NCBI GenBank assembly: GCA_902598015.1
Contig: CACJZT010000001.1
Span: 101,628-165,627 of the forward strand
Reading direction: 5' to 3'
DNA from: an uncultured Pelagibacteraceae bacterium
GTDB lineage: Bacteria > Pseudomonadota > Alphaproteobacteria > Pelagibacterales > Pelagibacteraceae
DNA length: 64,000 nucleotides
The stretch's first letter is position 1; each line of letters opens with the position of its first letter. The translations under genes were made by a program, and so were the position numbers. Below are positions 1 through 11,708 of this stretch, in pieces. The notes under the pieces are model-generated. The model had not been told where the DNA came from, did no database searches, and saw nothing but the letters and a program-made list of their open reading frames with translations.

Positions 1-324
<324 letters not shown>

Positions 325-328
325 TTAA

Positions 329-1903
329 CTATATTCCTTTCACTTTTTGATGTTTAATATTTTGAGATGGTGCTTTTTTCTCACGTTTTATAAGCATTTT
401 ATTTAATGCATTTAAATATGCGTTTGCTGATGCAACTAAAGTGTCTGTATCAGCTGATTGGCCTACTGTAGTCCTGTCATTTTCTTCAATTTTTACACTG
501 ACAGTTGCTTGAGCATCTGTACCTTCTGTTACTGCATGCACTTGATAAAGAGATAATTTTACATCGTGAGGAAATAATTTCTTTATACACTTAAATATTG
601 CATCAACTGGTCCATCCCCTGTTTCAGTTGTATTCTTAATATCACCATAAACATCTAATGTCATTTCAGCTTTTTGTGGTTCTCCTGTACCAGCAAATAC
701 TTTTAAAGATTTTAAATTAATTGCATTTATTTTATTATCTACAATTAAACTATCATCAACTAAAGCAACTATATCTTCATCATAAATATGTTTCTTTTTA
801 TCAGCTAATACTTTAAATTTTCCAAAAGCAGCTTGGATAATATCATCAGTAAGATCTGAATAACCTAAGTCAGATAATTTATCTTTAAAAGCATGTCTTC
901 CAGAATGTTTACCCATAACAAGAGAAGTTTTCTTAACACCTACACTTTCTGGTGTCATAATTTCATAAGTCTCTCTATTCTTTAACATTCCATCTTGATG
1001 AATTCCTGACTCATGAGCAAAAGCATTTTTTCCAACTATAGCTTTATTAAATTGAACTGGAAAGCCTGTTGCATTTGAAACTATTTTAGAGGCTTTGCTT
1101 ATTAGTTCTGTTTTAATACCAGTATTGTAAGGCATTAAATCATTTCTAGTTTTAATTGCCATAACTACTTCCTCTAAAGCAGCATTACCTGCTCTCTCGC
1201 CTATTCCATTAATTGTACATTCTATTTGTCTTACGCCCTCCGAAACTCCAGCTAATGCATTTGCCACTGCTAAGCCAAGATCATTATGACAGTGTGCAGA
1301 TAATATTGCTTTATCTATGTTTGGAACGTTATTTTTTAAGTGTTTAATTGTTTTTGCAAATTCTTCGGGTATAGAATATCCGACAGTATCTGGAATATTT
1401 ATAGTCTTGGCTCCACATTTAATTGCAAGTTCTACAGTTTTACACATAAAATCCATATCAGTTCTTGTACCATCTTCGCATGACCATTCTACATCATCTG
1501 TAAAATTTCTTGCATAAGTAACACTTTCTTTAATTGCATCTAAAACTTGATCATTTGTCATTTCAAGTTTGTGTTTCATGTGTAGTGGGCTTGTGGAAAT
1601 GAAAGTATGAATTCTAAATCTTGGAGCATGTTTTAGTGACTCGTGACATGCATCAATATCTTTTTTTAGTGCTCTTGAAAGACCGCATGGAATTGAGTTT
1701 TTCATTATTTTACTTATTTCAGAAACTGCTTCAAAATCTCCTGGTGATGCTATTGGAAAACCTGCTTCAACAATATCTATTCCCATTTCATCAAATACTC
1801 TAGATATCTGAATTTTCTCTTCGACACTCATAGATGCGCCTGGCGATTGCTCACCATCTCGCATAGTCGTATCAAATATAAATAATTTTTCTTTTTCTGA
1901 CAT
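329..1903 (-). CDS. leuA: 2-isopropylmalate synthase
   Basis: FDTTMRDGEQSPG, HCHNDLGLA, GIGERAGN, C-terminal regulatory domain (GDGPVDA); start moved to MSEKEK at 1903. Confidence 0.97.
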   Translation of the reverse strand: MSEKEKLFIFDTTMRDGEQSPGASMSVEEKIQISRVFDEMGIDIVEAGFPIASPGDFEAVSEISKIMKNSIPCGLSRALKKDIDACHESLKHAPRFRIHTFISTSPLHMKHKLEMTNDQVLDAIKESVTYARNFTDDVEWSCEDGTRTDMDFMCKTVELAIKCGAKTINIPDTVGYSIPEEFAKTIKHLKNNVPNIDKAILSAHCHNDLGLAVANALAGVSEGVRQIECTINGIGERAGNAALEEVVMAIKTRNDLMPYNTGIKTELISKASKIVSNATGFPVQFNKAIVGKNAFAHESGIHQDGMLKNRETYEIMTPESVGVKKTSLVMGKHSGRHAFKDKLSDLGYSDLTDDIIQAAFGKFKVLADKKKHIYDEDIVALVDDSLIVDNKINAINLKSLKVFAGTGEPQKAEMTLDVYGDIKNTTETGDGPVDAIFKCIKKLFPHDVKLSLYQVHAVTEGTDAQATVSVKIEENDRTTVGQSADTDTLVASANAYLNALNKMLIKREKKAPSQNIKHQKVKGI

Positions 1904-1987
1904 TATAATTTTTAGCTCGAGCATAATACATGCTCTCGCTCAGATTGCAAAATAATTTGGGGGAATTAGCCCAATTTTAACATCAAG

Positions 1988-3019
<1,032 letters not shown>

Positions 3020-3027
3020 CTAATTAA

Positions 3028-3576
3028 TTATTTAAATATATCTGCACCTCTTGTCATAGCTACGGCTCCTGTTCTTGAAACACTCACCAATCCAAATTTT
3101 TTTAAATCCTTTGACATCTTGTCTATTTCTCGTCTTAAAGCTGTTATTTGAATAACATTTGATTTTTTTGTTTTGTCTAATATTACAGGATTATATTTTT
3201 TACAAGCTTTCAATGCACTTTCTAATTTATTGTTAGGACCAACAATTTTAAATAATGCCATCTCCTTAAAAATGACTTCTTTATCTTCTCTTTTAAAATC
3301 TGCAACTTTATGAACAGGCACAAGTTTTCTTAATTGAAGTTTAATTTGATTAACAACTTGTGGTGTTCCAGTAGTTACAATTGTTATCCTTGATATATTT
3401 AACTTTTCATCAACTTGAGCAACTGCTAAAGACTCAATATTATAACCTCTACCAGAAAATAGACCAACTACTCTAGCCAACACACCGGCTTCATTATCCA
3501 CCCAAACGACTATTATATGTGTATCAAGTTTCTCTTTTTTATTTGAAAAACTATACGCTGATTTTGAATTAGGCAT
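3028..3576 (-). CDS. ilvH: Acetolactate synthase small subunit
   Basis: ACT domain VDNEAGVLARVVGLFSGRGYNIESL; lies between ilvI and ilvC. Confidence 0.95.
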   Translation of the reverse strand: MPNSKSAYSFSNKKEKLDTHIIVVWVDNEAGVLARVVGLFSGRGYNIESLAVAQVDEKLNISRITIVTTGTPQVVNQIKLQLRKLVPVHKVADFKREDKEVIFKEMALFKIVGPNNKLESALKACKKYNPVILDKTKKSNVIQITALRREIDKMSKDLKKFGLVSVSRTGAVAMTRGADIFK

Positions 3577-5342
3577 TAAACTAAGGACTTACCTTTGCCA
3601 GTAATCTTCTTACTTTCTTGATCTTTAGGCCCTAAAATCATCTGATTGTGAGGCTTTCCTGATGGTATCATTGGAAAACAATTTTCTACTTTATCAACCA
3701 TACAATCAAATATTACAGGTCTATTTGTGTTTAACATTTCTATAATTTTATCATCTAACTCTTCTGGTGTTTTTGCTCTAATACCAACACAGTTGTAGGC
3801 TTCAGCTAATTTAACAAAATCTGGTAGAGCGGCAGTGTAACTTTCAGAATAGTTTTTATCATGTAAAAGTTCTTGCCATTGTCTAACCATACCCATGTAT
3901 TGATTATTCAATATAAATATTTTAATTGGAAGGTTGTATTGTACAGCTGTAGACATTTCCTGTATCGTCATTAACACTGAAGCCTCTCCCGCAATATCAA
4001 TAACTAATTTTTTTGGATGAGCGACTTGTACTCCTACAGCAGCTGGTAAACCATATCCCATAGTTCCTAAACCACCGGAAGTCATCCAACGATTTGGTTT
4101 ATTAAATTTATAGTGTTGTGCAGCCCACATCTGATGCTGTCCAACCTCAGTTGTAATATAGGAGTCTTTATCTTTAGTTAATTCATATAATCTTTCAATT
4201 GCATATTGGGGTTTTATAGTCTCTTCACTTCCAATGTAATCTAAAGATCTAACTGATCTCCATTTTTGAATTTTTTCCCACCATTTAGAAGTTTTTTGTT
4301 TATTCGATTTTAAAAATTTTGATTTTTTTTGTTTTAAACTTTTCAAAGTAGATGAAAGCACAGTTTTCACATCTCCAACAATAGCTAAATCAACTTTAAC
4401 ATTTTTATTAATAGATGATGGATCTATATCAATGTGAACTTTTTTTGATTTTGGAGAAAATTCATCTATTTTCCCTGTTATCCTATCATCGAAACGTGCA
4501 CCAATGTTGATCATCAAATCACAATCATGCATTGCATTATTTGCTTCATAAGTTCCATGCATACCTAACATTCCTAAAAATTGATTATCATCGCCTGGGA
4601 AAGATCCTAATCCCTGTAAAGTTGATGTGATAGGAAAACCTGTTGCATAAACAAGTTCTCTTAAAAGTTCACTAGCCTTAGGTCCAGAATTAATTACTCC
4701 ACCACCAGTATAAAAAATAGGTTTTGACGATTTACTCATTAATTCAATTAATTCATCAATACTATTTTGATTAAAATGGTTGTGAGATTTACCGTTAAGT
4801 TTTTTTTCTTTTTTTGGTCTGTTATATTTTGTTTTTTGAAACTGAATATCTTTTGGTATATCAACTAAAACTGGTCCTGGCCTACCAGTAGTTGCTACTT
4901 CAAATGCTTTATGTATTGTGCTAGCTAAATCATTTATATCTTTGACTAACCAATTATGTTTAGTGCAAGGTCTTGTTATTCCAGTTGTGTCACATTCTTG
5001 AAACGCATCTGTACCAATTAAATGAGTTGGAACTTGTCCAGAGATACAAACTAATGGAATAGAATCCATATATGCATCAGTTAAAGCTGTAACTACATTT
5101 GTTGCGCCAGGTCCTGATGTTACTAAAATTACACCTGGTTTACCTGATGACCTTGCATATCCTTCTGCTGCATGGCCTGCGCCTTGTTCATGTCTAACTA
5201 AAACGTGTTTAATTGATTTAAAATTTTGTAATTCGTCATAAATTGGAAGCACGGCGCCGCCTGGATAACCAAAAATATGATCAACATTTTGGTCCTCCAT
5301 ACATTTAAATACGATTTCAGCTCCAGAGTATAATTTTGACAT
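3576..5342 (-). CDS. ilvI: Acetolactate synthase large subunit
   Basis: FGYPGGAVL, RHEQGAGH, TSGPGATN, SGGLGTMG, LNNQYMGMVRQWQ. Confidence 0.96.
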   Translation of the reverse strand: MSKLYSGAEIVFKCMEDQNVDHIFGYPGGAVLPIYDELQNFKSIKHVLVRHEQGAGHAAEGYARSSGKPGVILVTSGPGATNVVTALTDAYMDSIPLVCISGQVPTHLIGTDAFQECDTTGITRPCTKHNWLVKDINDLASTIHKAFEVATTGRPGPVLVDIPKDIQFQKTKYNRPKKEKKLNGKSHNHFNQNSIDELIELMSKSSKPIFYTGGGVINSGPKASELLRELVYATGFPITSTLQGLGSFPGDDNQFLGMLGMHGTYEANNAMHDCDLMINIGARFDDRITGKIDEFSPKSKKVHIDIDPSSINKNVKVDLAIVGDVKTVLSSTLKSLKQKKSKFLKSNKQKTSKWWEKIQKWRSVRSLDYIGSEETIKPQYAIERLYELTKDKDSYITTEVGQHQMWAAQHYKFNKPNRWMTSGGLGTMGYGLPAAVGVQVAHPKKLVIDIAGEASVLMTIQEMSTAVQYNLPIKIFILNNQYMGMVRQWQELLHDKNYSESYTAALPDFVKLAEAYNCVGIRAKTPEELDDKIIEMLNTNRPVIFDCMVDKVENCFPMIPSGKPHNQMILGPKDQESKKITGKGKSLV

Positions 5343-5348
5343 TCAGAC

Positions 5349-5378
5349 AATCTAGCTGAAGTTGTGCTAATAGGTCAA
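5349..5378 (-). promoter_or_regulatory. Putative sigma70 promoter for ilvI (TTGACC-N18-TAGATT)
   Basis: Minus strand TTGACC tattagcacaacttcagc TAGATT gtctga ATG. Confidence 0.5.
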
Positions 5379-5383
5379 GCAAT

Positions 5384-6304
5384 CTATGCGGATTTAGGAA
5401 ATTTTTTTATAAATGATTTAGTGCTATCAAATTTTATTTTTTGCCAATCAGACATTTGTCCTCTTGCCCAAGTAGACTGTCTCTTAGCATATTGCCTTGT
5501 TTTTATTGATATTTTTTCTTTAAGTACATTAAGGTTTATTCTTTTTTCCAGATAATCTTTAATCTCACTTAGACCAATAACTTTATTTGATGATAAATCT
5601 TTCCTTACTCTTAATTTATAAAACATTTTAGCCTCTTTTATTGCCCCATCTCTTAACATTTCATTTGTTCTTATAGTAATTCTTTCTATTAACTTCTCTC
5701 TAGGATAATCGATATATAACTTTATGAAATTGTCTTGAGTAAAATCAGAGTATGTTTCACTATACCAATCAAACAAAGATTTATTTGTAAACTTTTTTAC
5801 TTCATAAGCTCTTATTGATCTTTGAGAATCATTTTTGTTAATTTTTTTTTTGCAAAGTGGGTCTAGCTTAATAAGTTCAGAATAAAATTTAATTTGTCCT
5901 ATTTTTGACTGTCTTTTTCTTATTCTATTTCGAATAGTGAGTGGAATATTGGGAATTTTAACAATACCATCGACAAGTGCTTTAAAATATAAACCTGTAC
6001 CACCAACAAGAATCGGAATCTTTTTCTTTTTCTTAATATTATTAATTTTTTTCTTAGCATCCTTAAGCCAATTTCCTGTGGAATAATTATCCTTTACACT
6101 TTTAAATCCATATAAATGATGTTTTATATTTTTTAAATCATTTCCCTGTGGTCTTGCTGTAAGAATTTTTAGTTCTTTAAATATTTGCATACTATCTGCA
6201 TTTATTACTTCACCATTAATTTTTTTCGCAAGCTGAATAGCGAATCTTGATTTTCCAGATGCTGTTGGTCCTGAAATAAGAATTATTTTGGACTTTTGGT
6301 CCAT
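5384..6304 (-). CDS. miaA: tRNA dimethylallyltransferase
   Basis: GPTASGKS, INADSMQ, VGGTGLYF, TRQYAKRQ. Confidence 0.97.
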   Translation of the reverse strand: MDQKSKIILISGPTASGKSRFAIQLAKKINGEVINADSMQIFKELKILTARPQGNDLKNIKHHLYGFKSVKDNYSTGNWLKDAKKKINNIKKKKKIPILVGGTGLYFKALVDGIVKIPNIPLTIRNRIRKRQSKIGQIKFYSELIKLDPLCKKKINKNDSQRSIRAYEVKKFTNKSLFDWYSETYSDFTQDNFIKLYIDYPREKLIERITIRTNEMLRDGAIKEAKMFYKLRVRKDLSSNKVIGLSEIKDYLEKRINLNVLKEKISIKTRQYAKRQSTWARGQMSDWQKIKFDSTKSFIKKFPKSA

Positions 6305-7707
6305 TAATTTAGTTTAACACCAATATATCTTCTTTGGTTATTGTTATTGTAAATTGCGATAAGTAAACTTTTATCATTACTTTTTAGAGCTAGTTTTACA
6401 ATGTTATCTAAATCTCCAATGGTGTTAATCTTTTTCTTTTGTGCTTCAACAACAATATTATTTACTTGAAGATAATTAACCGGGCTATCTTTATCGATCT
6501 CAGTGATAACTAATCCTGTTGTATTTTTTGGTAAATTTCTTTCTTTAATATCATCTTTATTTAGCAATCTTACTTTTATTTTCAATCCTTCTATTGTATC
6601 TTCTTTAGGTTTTTCAGTTACTAAACCTTGAGATTTAAAATCTTCAGATGTTTCCAGTCTTCCAAGTATAATTTCTTTTGTGATTTCTCTTTTATTTCTC
6701 CAAACTTTGAGTTTTACTTTTTTTCCAACTTCAGTTTCTGCAACTATTCTCGGAAGCTCACTCATTTCATTAATTTTTTTGCCATCAAATTCTAAAATTA
6801 TGTCTCCAGCTTTAATTCCTCCCTTATCTGATGGACTATTCTCAGCTACACTAGCAACAAGCGCTCCTCTTGGTTCATCTAATTTTTCAACATCTGCAAT
6901 ATCTTTTGTGACTGTTTGTATTCTAACACCTAGCCATCCTCTTTTAGTTTCACCAAATTCAATTAATTGATTAATTACTTTTTGTGCACTATTAGAAGGT
7001 ATTGCAAAACCAATTCCAATTGAACCTGATTGACCTAATATTGCTGTATTAATTCCAACTACATCTCCATCCATATTAAACAATGGACCTCCTGAATTAC
7101 CTTGGTTAATTGATGCATCAGTTTGAATGTAGTCTTCATATCTAGAAAGACCAATACTTCTGTTTCTTGCAGAGATTATTCCTGCAGTAACTGTTCCACC
7201 TAAGCCAAATGGATTCCCAATTGCAATAACCCAATCACCAATTCTTGCAGTATCAGAGTCTCCAAATTTAACTGGGGTAAATTTCTGATCTGACTCTATT
7301 TGAAGAACTGCCAAATCCATACCAGGATCAGCTCCAATTACTTTTGCCTTTATATTTTTTTCACCATTAACTCTAACAAAAACATCCTCTGCACCCTGTA
7401 TCACGTGATTATTTGTAATAACAATTCCTTTTTCATCTATTATAAAACCTGATCCAAGCGCACTTGTCTGTCTTTTTTGAGGAGTTCCATAATCTTTGAA
7501 CATATCTTCAAAAGGAGATCCAGGAGGAAATTCAAATGGAAATGGATTAGACCTTGTTGTTACTGTTGTTGTAGTCGAGATATTTACTACTGACGGCATT
7601 AATTTTTCAGCTAGATCTGCAAAAGACGCAGGCATATTTGCTGCGCTGGAAATATTTTGGATATTAATTGAAAATAATATTAGTAGTAAAATCTTTATGT
7701 ATCTCAT
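6304..7707 (-). CDS. degP: Do/HtrA-family periplasmic serine protease with PDZ domains
   Basis: GSGFII, TNNHV, QTDASINQGNSGGPL; signal peptide; ATG at 7707 forms an ATGA overlap with the upstream gene. Confidence 0.93.
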   Translation of the reverse strand: MRYIKILLLILFSINIQNISSAANMPASFADLAEKLMPSVVNISTTTTVTTRSNPFPFEFPPGSPFEDMFKDYGTPQKRQTSALGSGFIIDEKGIVITNNHVIQGAEDVFVRVNGEKNIKAKVIGADPGMDLAVLQIESDQKFTPVKFGDSDTARIGDWVIAIGNPFGLGGTVTAGIISARNRSIGLSRYEDYIQTDASINQGNSGGPLFNMDGDVVGINTAILGQSGSIGIGFAIPSNSAQKVINQLIEFGETKRGWLGVRIQTVTKDIADVEKLDEPRGALVASVAENSPSDKGGIKAGDIILEFDGKKINEMSELPRIVAETEVGKKVKLKVWRNKREITKEIILGRLETSEDFKSQGLVTEKPKEDTIEGLKIKVRLLNKDDIKERNLPKNTTGLVITEIDKDSPVNYLQVNNIVVEAQKKKINTIGDLDNIVKLALKSNDKSLLIAIYNNNNQRRYIGVKLN

Positions 7708-7889
7708 CTTTTTAAGTACCAAATAATAAAAAAACCAATCACTGCAAATATTAATCCACCAGTTCTTAACTGATTATCAGTAGCATCTTTTAATTTCATT
7801 ATCATATTTTTCATTTTTGATGGAAATATGGCGTAAAGAATACCTTCAATAAAAAGGAATAGACCAAATGCTATGATCAATTCTCTCAT
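7704..7889 (-). CDS. DUF2065 (YjeT-like) small membrane protein
   Basis: LFIEGILYAIFP...QLRTGGL; typical position after hflC. Confidence 0.85.
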   Translation of the reverse strand: MRELIIAFGLFLFIEGILYAIFPSKMKNMIMKLKDATDNQLRTGGLIFAVIGFFIIWYLKR

Positions 7890-7894
7890 GAAAT

Positions 7895-8764
7895 TTACTC
7901 TACTTTTTGATCAATATTTCCGAAAAATTTAAAAAATTCACTATCTGGTGAAAGTATCATTGAAGTCTCACCGCCGATTAAAGCTTTTTGGTATGCCTGC
8001 ATAGCTCTATAAAATGCAAAAAATTCAGGATCTTGTCCAAAGGCTTCAGCGAAAATCTTGTTTTTCAAACCATCGCCTTCACCCTTCATAATCTCAGATT
8101 TTTTTTGTGCATCTGCAAGTATAACGGTTACTTCTTTGTCAGCAGTTGAGGTAATTGTTACTGCCATCTCTGCACCTTTTGCTCTAAATTCTTTTGCCTC
8201 TCTTTCCCTTTCAGTTTGCATTCTTCTAAAAATTGCGTCACTGTTTGCTTGAGGAAGATCTGCTCTTTTAATTCTTACATCAACAATACTAATACCAAAA
8301 TTTTCTGCTTCATTATTTACACCTTCTTGAATTAAAGACATCTGTTTTGTTCTATCTTCAGATAAAAGTGTTTGCAATTCTTGTTGACCAAGTACGTTTC
8401 TTATCCTTGAATTTATAATTGTTGCCAGTCTTGATCTTGCAACTCTTTCATTTCCAACAGATATATAAAATTTAAGAGGATCAATTATTTGAAACCTTGC
8501 AAATGCATCGACTATTAATCTTTTTTGATCTGATGCAATGACCTCTTCTGGTGGTGTATCTAGATTTAAAATTCTTTTATCTAGGAATACAACGTTTTGT
8601 ATGAATGGAATTTTAAAATTAATTCCTGGTTTTGATATAATTCTTTTAGGATCACCAAATTGAAGAACAATAGCTTGATTAACTTCTTTTACTATAAAAA
8701 CTGAAAAGTAAATTGTTGCAGCGATTAGTATTATTATTGGTAATAAAAATTTTCCAGCTTTCAT
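7895..8764 (-). CDS. hflC: FtsH protease modulator HflC
   Basis: SPFH domain, DVRIKRADLP, FFAFYRAMQAY. Confidence 0.96.
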   Translation of the reverse strand: MKAGKFLLPIIILIAATIYFSVFIVKEVNQAIVLQFGDPKRIISKPGINFKIPFIQNVVFLDKRILNLDTPPEEVIASDQKRLIVDAFARFQIIDPLKFYISVGNERVARSRLATIINSRIRNVLGQQELQTLLSEDRTKQMSLIQEGVNNEAENFGISIVDVRIKRADLPQANSDAIFRRMQTEREREAKEFRAKGAEMAVTITSTADKEVTVILADAQKKSEIMKGEGDGLKNKIFAEAFGQDPEFFAFYRAMQAYQKALIGGETSMILSPDSEFFKFFGNIDQKVE

Positions 8765-8765
8765 T

Positions 8766-9857
8766 TTAATTAGTTCCTGTCTTTAATTCTTGTAATGGTA
8801 GATATGGTACTACACCTTCACCTGAATTTTTGTCTATTATTATCTTATTAATATCAGCTAAAACTTCTTCCATTGTCTCAAGATACATTCTTTCTTGAGT
8901 TACTTTTTTAGCTTTTGCATACTCATTATAAATTGATAAAAATCTACTTGCTTCTCCTTCTGCCTTAGCAACAACTTCTTTTTTATAAGCTTCTGCTGCT
9001 TGAAGAATTTTTGCTGCTTCTCCTCGTGCTCTTGGAATCACATCATTAGCATATGCTTCTGCTTCATTCTTTGATCTCTCCATATCTGCTCTTGCAGCTT
9101 GGACATCTCTGAATGCATCAATAACTTGGTCTGGTGGATCGGCTTTTTGGGTTTGAACTTGTGTAATTTGAATTCCACTTGTGTATTCATCTAAAATTCC
9201 TTGTATTATTTCCTGAGTGTCAGCTTCTATAAGAGATCTACCTTCAGTCAGAATTGGTTGAATATCAGATCTTGCAATAACTTCTCTCATCGCTGTTTCA
9301 GCAGCTGCTTTAACTGTTCCTTCTGGATCTTGAATTTTAAATAAAAAATTACCAGCATCTTTAATTACCCAAAATACTGAGAAATCTATGTTAACTATGT
9401 TTTCATCTCCTGTTAACATCAAACTCTCTTCTGGAACATCTGCAACTCCACCAGAGGAAAATCCACTGTCTCTTTCAGACCTAAACCCAATATCCATCCG
9501 ATTAACTTTTGTAACTTTAGGGGTTAATACACTTTCAATTGGAAAAGGAAGATGGTAATTTAATCCAGGTTGTGTAGTTTTAACAAATTTTCCAAATCTT
9601 AAAACAACGCCTTGCTCATCAGGTAAAACTCTATAAAGACCACTTAAAGTCCAAACTATTAGAAGAATAATAAGACCAATTATTATTGGCTTAGCGCCAC
9701 CTTTACCTCCACCCAAAAATCTATTTATTATTGATTGTAGTTTACTTATAACTTCATCGATATTTGGAGGAGTAGGGCCTTTTCTAAATCCACCATTTCC
9801 ACTACCACCTCCTCCTGGAGGTGTTCCCCATGGGCTTTGATTTTTAAAATCACTCAT
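8766..9857 (-). CDS. hflK: FtsH protease modulator HflK
   Basis: N-terminal PWG glycine-rich segment, MLTGDENIV, AFRDVQAA, RMYLETME. Confidence 0.96.
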   Translation of the reverse strand: MSDFKNQSPWGTPPGGGGSGNGGFRKGPTPPNIDEVISKLQSIINRFLGGGKGGAKPIIIGLIILLIVWTLSGLYRVLPDEQGVVLRFGKFVKTTQPGLNYHLPFPIESVLTPKVTKVNRMDIGFRSERDSGFSSGGVADVPEESLMLTGDENIVNIDFSVFWVIKDAGNFLFKIQDPEGTVKAAAETAMREVIARSDIQPILTEGRSLIEADTQEIIQGILDEYTSGIQITQVQTQKADPPDQVIDAFRDVQAARADMERSKNEAEAYANDVIPRARGEAAKILQAAEAYKKEVVAKAEGEASRFLSIYNEYAKAKKVTQERMYLETMEEVLADINKIIIDKNSGEGVVPYLPLQELKTGTN

Positions 9858-9870
9858 AATACGTCACTCT

Positions 9871-9898
9871 ATATAGTGTCTTTATTATTAAAAACAAG
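9871..9898 (-). promoter_or_regulatory. Putative RpoH (sigma32) promoter for hflK-hflC-DUF2065-degP
   Basis: Minus strand CTTGTT-N15-ACTATAT resembles the alphaproteobacterial RpoH consensus CTTGAA-N15/16-CCTATAT. Confidence 0.45.
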
Positions 9899-9911
9899 GT
9901 AATGGTAAATC

Positions 9912-10736
9912 ATGGACAATAAAAAAGTAGGTTTAAGTGACACAACAAAGGCAAAAACTGAGCCAAAAACCTTTAGAAGGAACCCGATTATTGGAACAAA
10001 GTTTACAATTGCAATCTCAAGTGCAAAAGGAGGAGTAGGAAAATCAACATTTGCGTCGAATCTTGCTTTGGCATTAAAAAAAATGGACTTAAATGTTGGT
10101 TTGCTTGATGCAGATATATATGGACCATCATTGCCAAAATTATTCTCAATAAACGAAAAGCCTGAAAGTGACGGACAAAAATTAAAACCAATTTTAAAAT
10201 ATGGAATTCAATGTATGTCCATAGGATTTTTAACAGAAGAGCAAACACCAATGATTTGGCGAGGTCCAATGGTAATTTCTGCGATAAAAACTTTTACACA
10301 AAAAGTTTTGTGGAAAAATTTAGATTTTTTAATTGTTGATATGCCACCAGGAACTGGTGATACACAATTGACTTTTGCGCAAGAAATTAACATGGATGGA
10401 GTAATTATTATATCTACACCACAAGAAATAGCCTTACAGGATGTAAAACGTGGAATAAGGATGTTTGATAAACTTAAAGTAAAAATATTAGGACTTATAG
10501 ATAATATGAGTCATTTCATTGGAGATGATGGAAAGAAGTATGCAATCTTTGGCGAAGGAGGTGTCAAAAAGACTGCTGAAGAATTTAAAAAAGATTTTAT
10601 GGGTGAAATACCAATTGATCCTGAAGTTGGAAAGCAAGGAGATTTAGGTTTGCCGATAGTAGAAAGCAAACCAGACCATGTGATATCAAAAAAATATTTT
10701 AAGTTTGCAGAAAAAATTAAATCAATTTATCTTTAA
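9912..10736 (+). CDS. mrp: Mrp/ApbC (NBP35-family) P-loop ATPase
   Basis: [29 protein letters not shown]; no N-terminal DUF59 domain, no CxxC. Confidence 0.92.
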   Translation: MDNKKVGLSDTTKAKTEPKTFRRNPIIGTKFTIAISSAKGGVGKSTFASNLALALKKMDLNVGLLDADIYGPSLPKLFSINEKPESDGQKLKPILKYGIQCMSIGFLTEEQTPMIWRGPMVISAIKTFTQKVLWKNLDFLIVDMPPGTGDTQLTFAQEINMDGVIIISTPQEIALQDVKRGIRMFDKLKVKILGLIDNMSHFIGDDGKKYAIFGEGGVKKTAEEFKKDFMGEIPIDPEVGKQGDLGLPIVESKPDHVISKKYFKFAEKIKSIYL

Positions 10737-11664
10737 GATCAAAAGCTTCCATAAGTTCGTTCCATTCTCTTTTCGATAATCCTGTATCATCGATAGAAAT
10801 ATTTTCACCTTTTATAAGTTTTTGAATAATAATTTTTCCTTTTGCCGAAACTTCTGTTCCACCAACCCTATAATCCATAAAGGCTTCATAAGTTATTGGA
10901 ACCCATTTTTTTACAGTATCAAGCATAGCATCTGCGTAAGCTCTTATTTCATATTGTGCATGATGATCTGCTCTAAGCCTCAAAAAATTCATCAGATTTA
11001 ATAAATCTGTTTTCCAATACCATTGGGTATAAGTATTTAATGTTAAGTTCATTCTAGCAAGCTCTCTTGCTAAACCTACAGCATTCTCGTCTATAGTTGA
11101 TCCATCATATCTTTCATTAAGCATAGTTTCATAATTATTATAAGTTTGTTCAGCGTCTCCTTTCAATAAATTCAAAACTCTTTTTGCTTTTTCTCCATCT
11201 AAAATATCGCCTCTACCTTGTCTATTACTTTGTGATTGAGCAGCAAGATGTTGTGGCTCAGGTAGATAAAATTCTTTATCTAAGATTGAGTATCTTGCAG
11301 AGTATTCATTTACATTTGCTGTTCTGTGTCTAATCCATTGTCTAGCTATAAATATAGGTAGCTTTACATGATATTTTATTTCACACATCTCGAAAGGAGT
11401 ACTATGCCAATGCCTCATTAAATATTTTATTAAACCAGAGTCTGTTGAAACTTTTTTTGTGCCTTTTCCATAAGAAACTCTAGCTGATTGAACTACAGAA
11501 GTATCATCGCCCATATAGTCAACAACTCTTATAAAACCGTGATCTAATATTGGAATTGCATCGTACAGAATTTTTTCAAGTTCTGGAGCTGTTACTCTTT
11601 TTGTTGAATTTTGCTGAGATTGCTGATCTTTTATTTCTTTTATTTGTTCGTCGGTTAACTTCAT
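10717..11664 (-). CDS. thyX: FAD-dependent thymidylate synthase
   Basis: [36 protein letters not shown]. Confidence 0.97.
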   Translation of the reverse strand: MKLTDEQIKEIKDQQSQQNSTKRVTAPELEKILYDAIPILDHGFIRVVDYMGDDTSVVQSARVSYGKGTKKVSTDSGLIKYLMRHWHSTPFEMCEIKYHVKLPIFIARQWIRHRTANVNEYSARYSILDKEFYLPEPQHLAAQSQSNRQGRGDILDGEKAKRVLNLLKGDAEQTYNNYETMLNERYDGSTIDENAVGLARELARMNLTLNTYTQWYWKTDLLNLMNFLRLRADHHAQYEIRAYADAMLDTVKKWVPITYEAFMDYRVGGTEVSAKGKIIIQKLIKGENISIDDTGLSKREWNELMEAFDLKDKLI

Positions 11665-11708
11665 GAATAATTTATTGAATCTATTGAATTTGGTTTTATA
11701 TTATTAAT

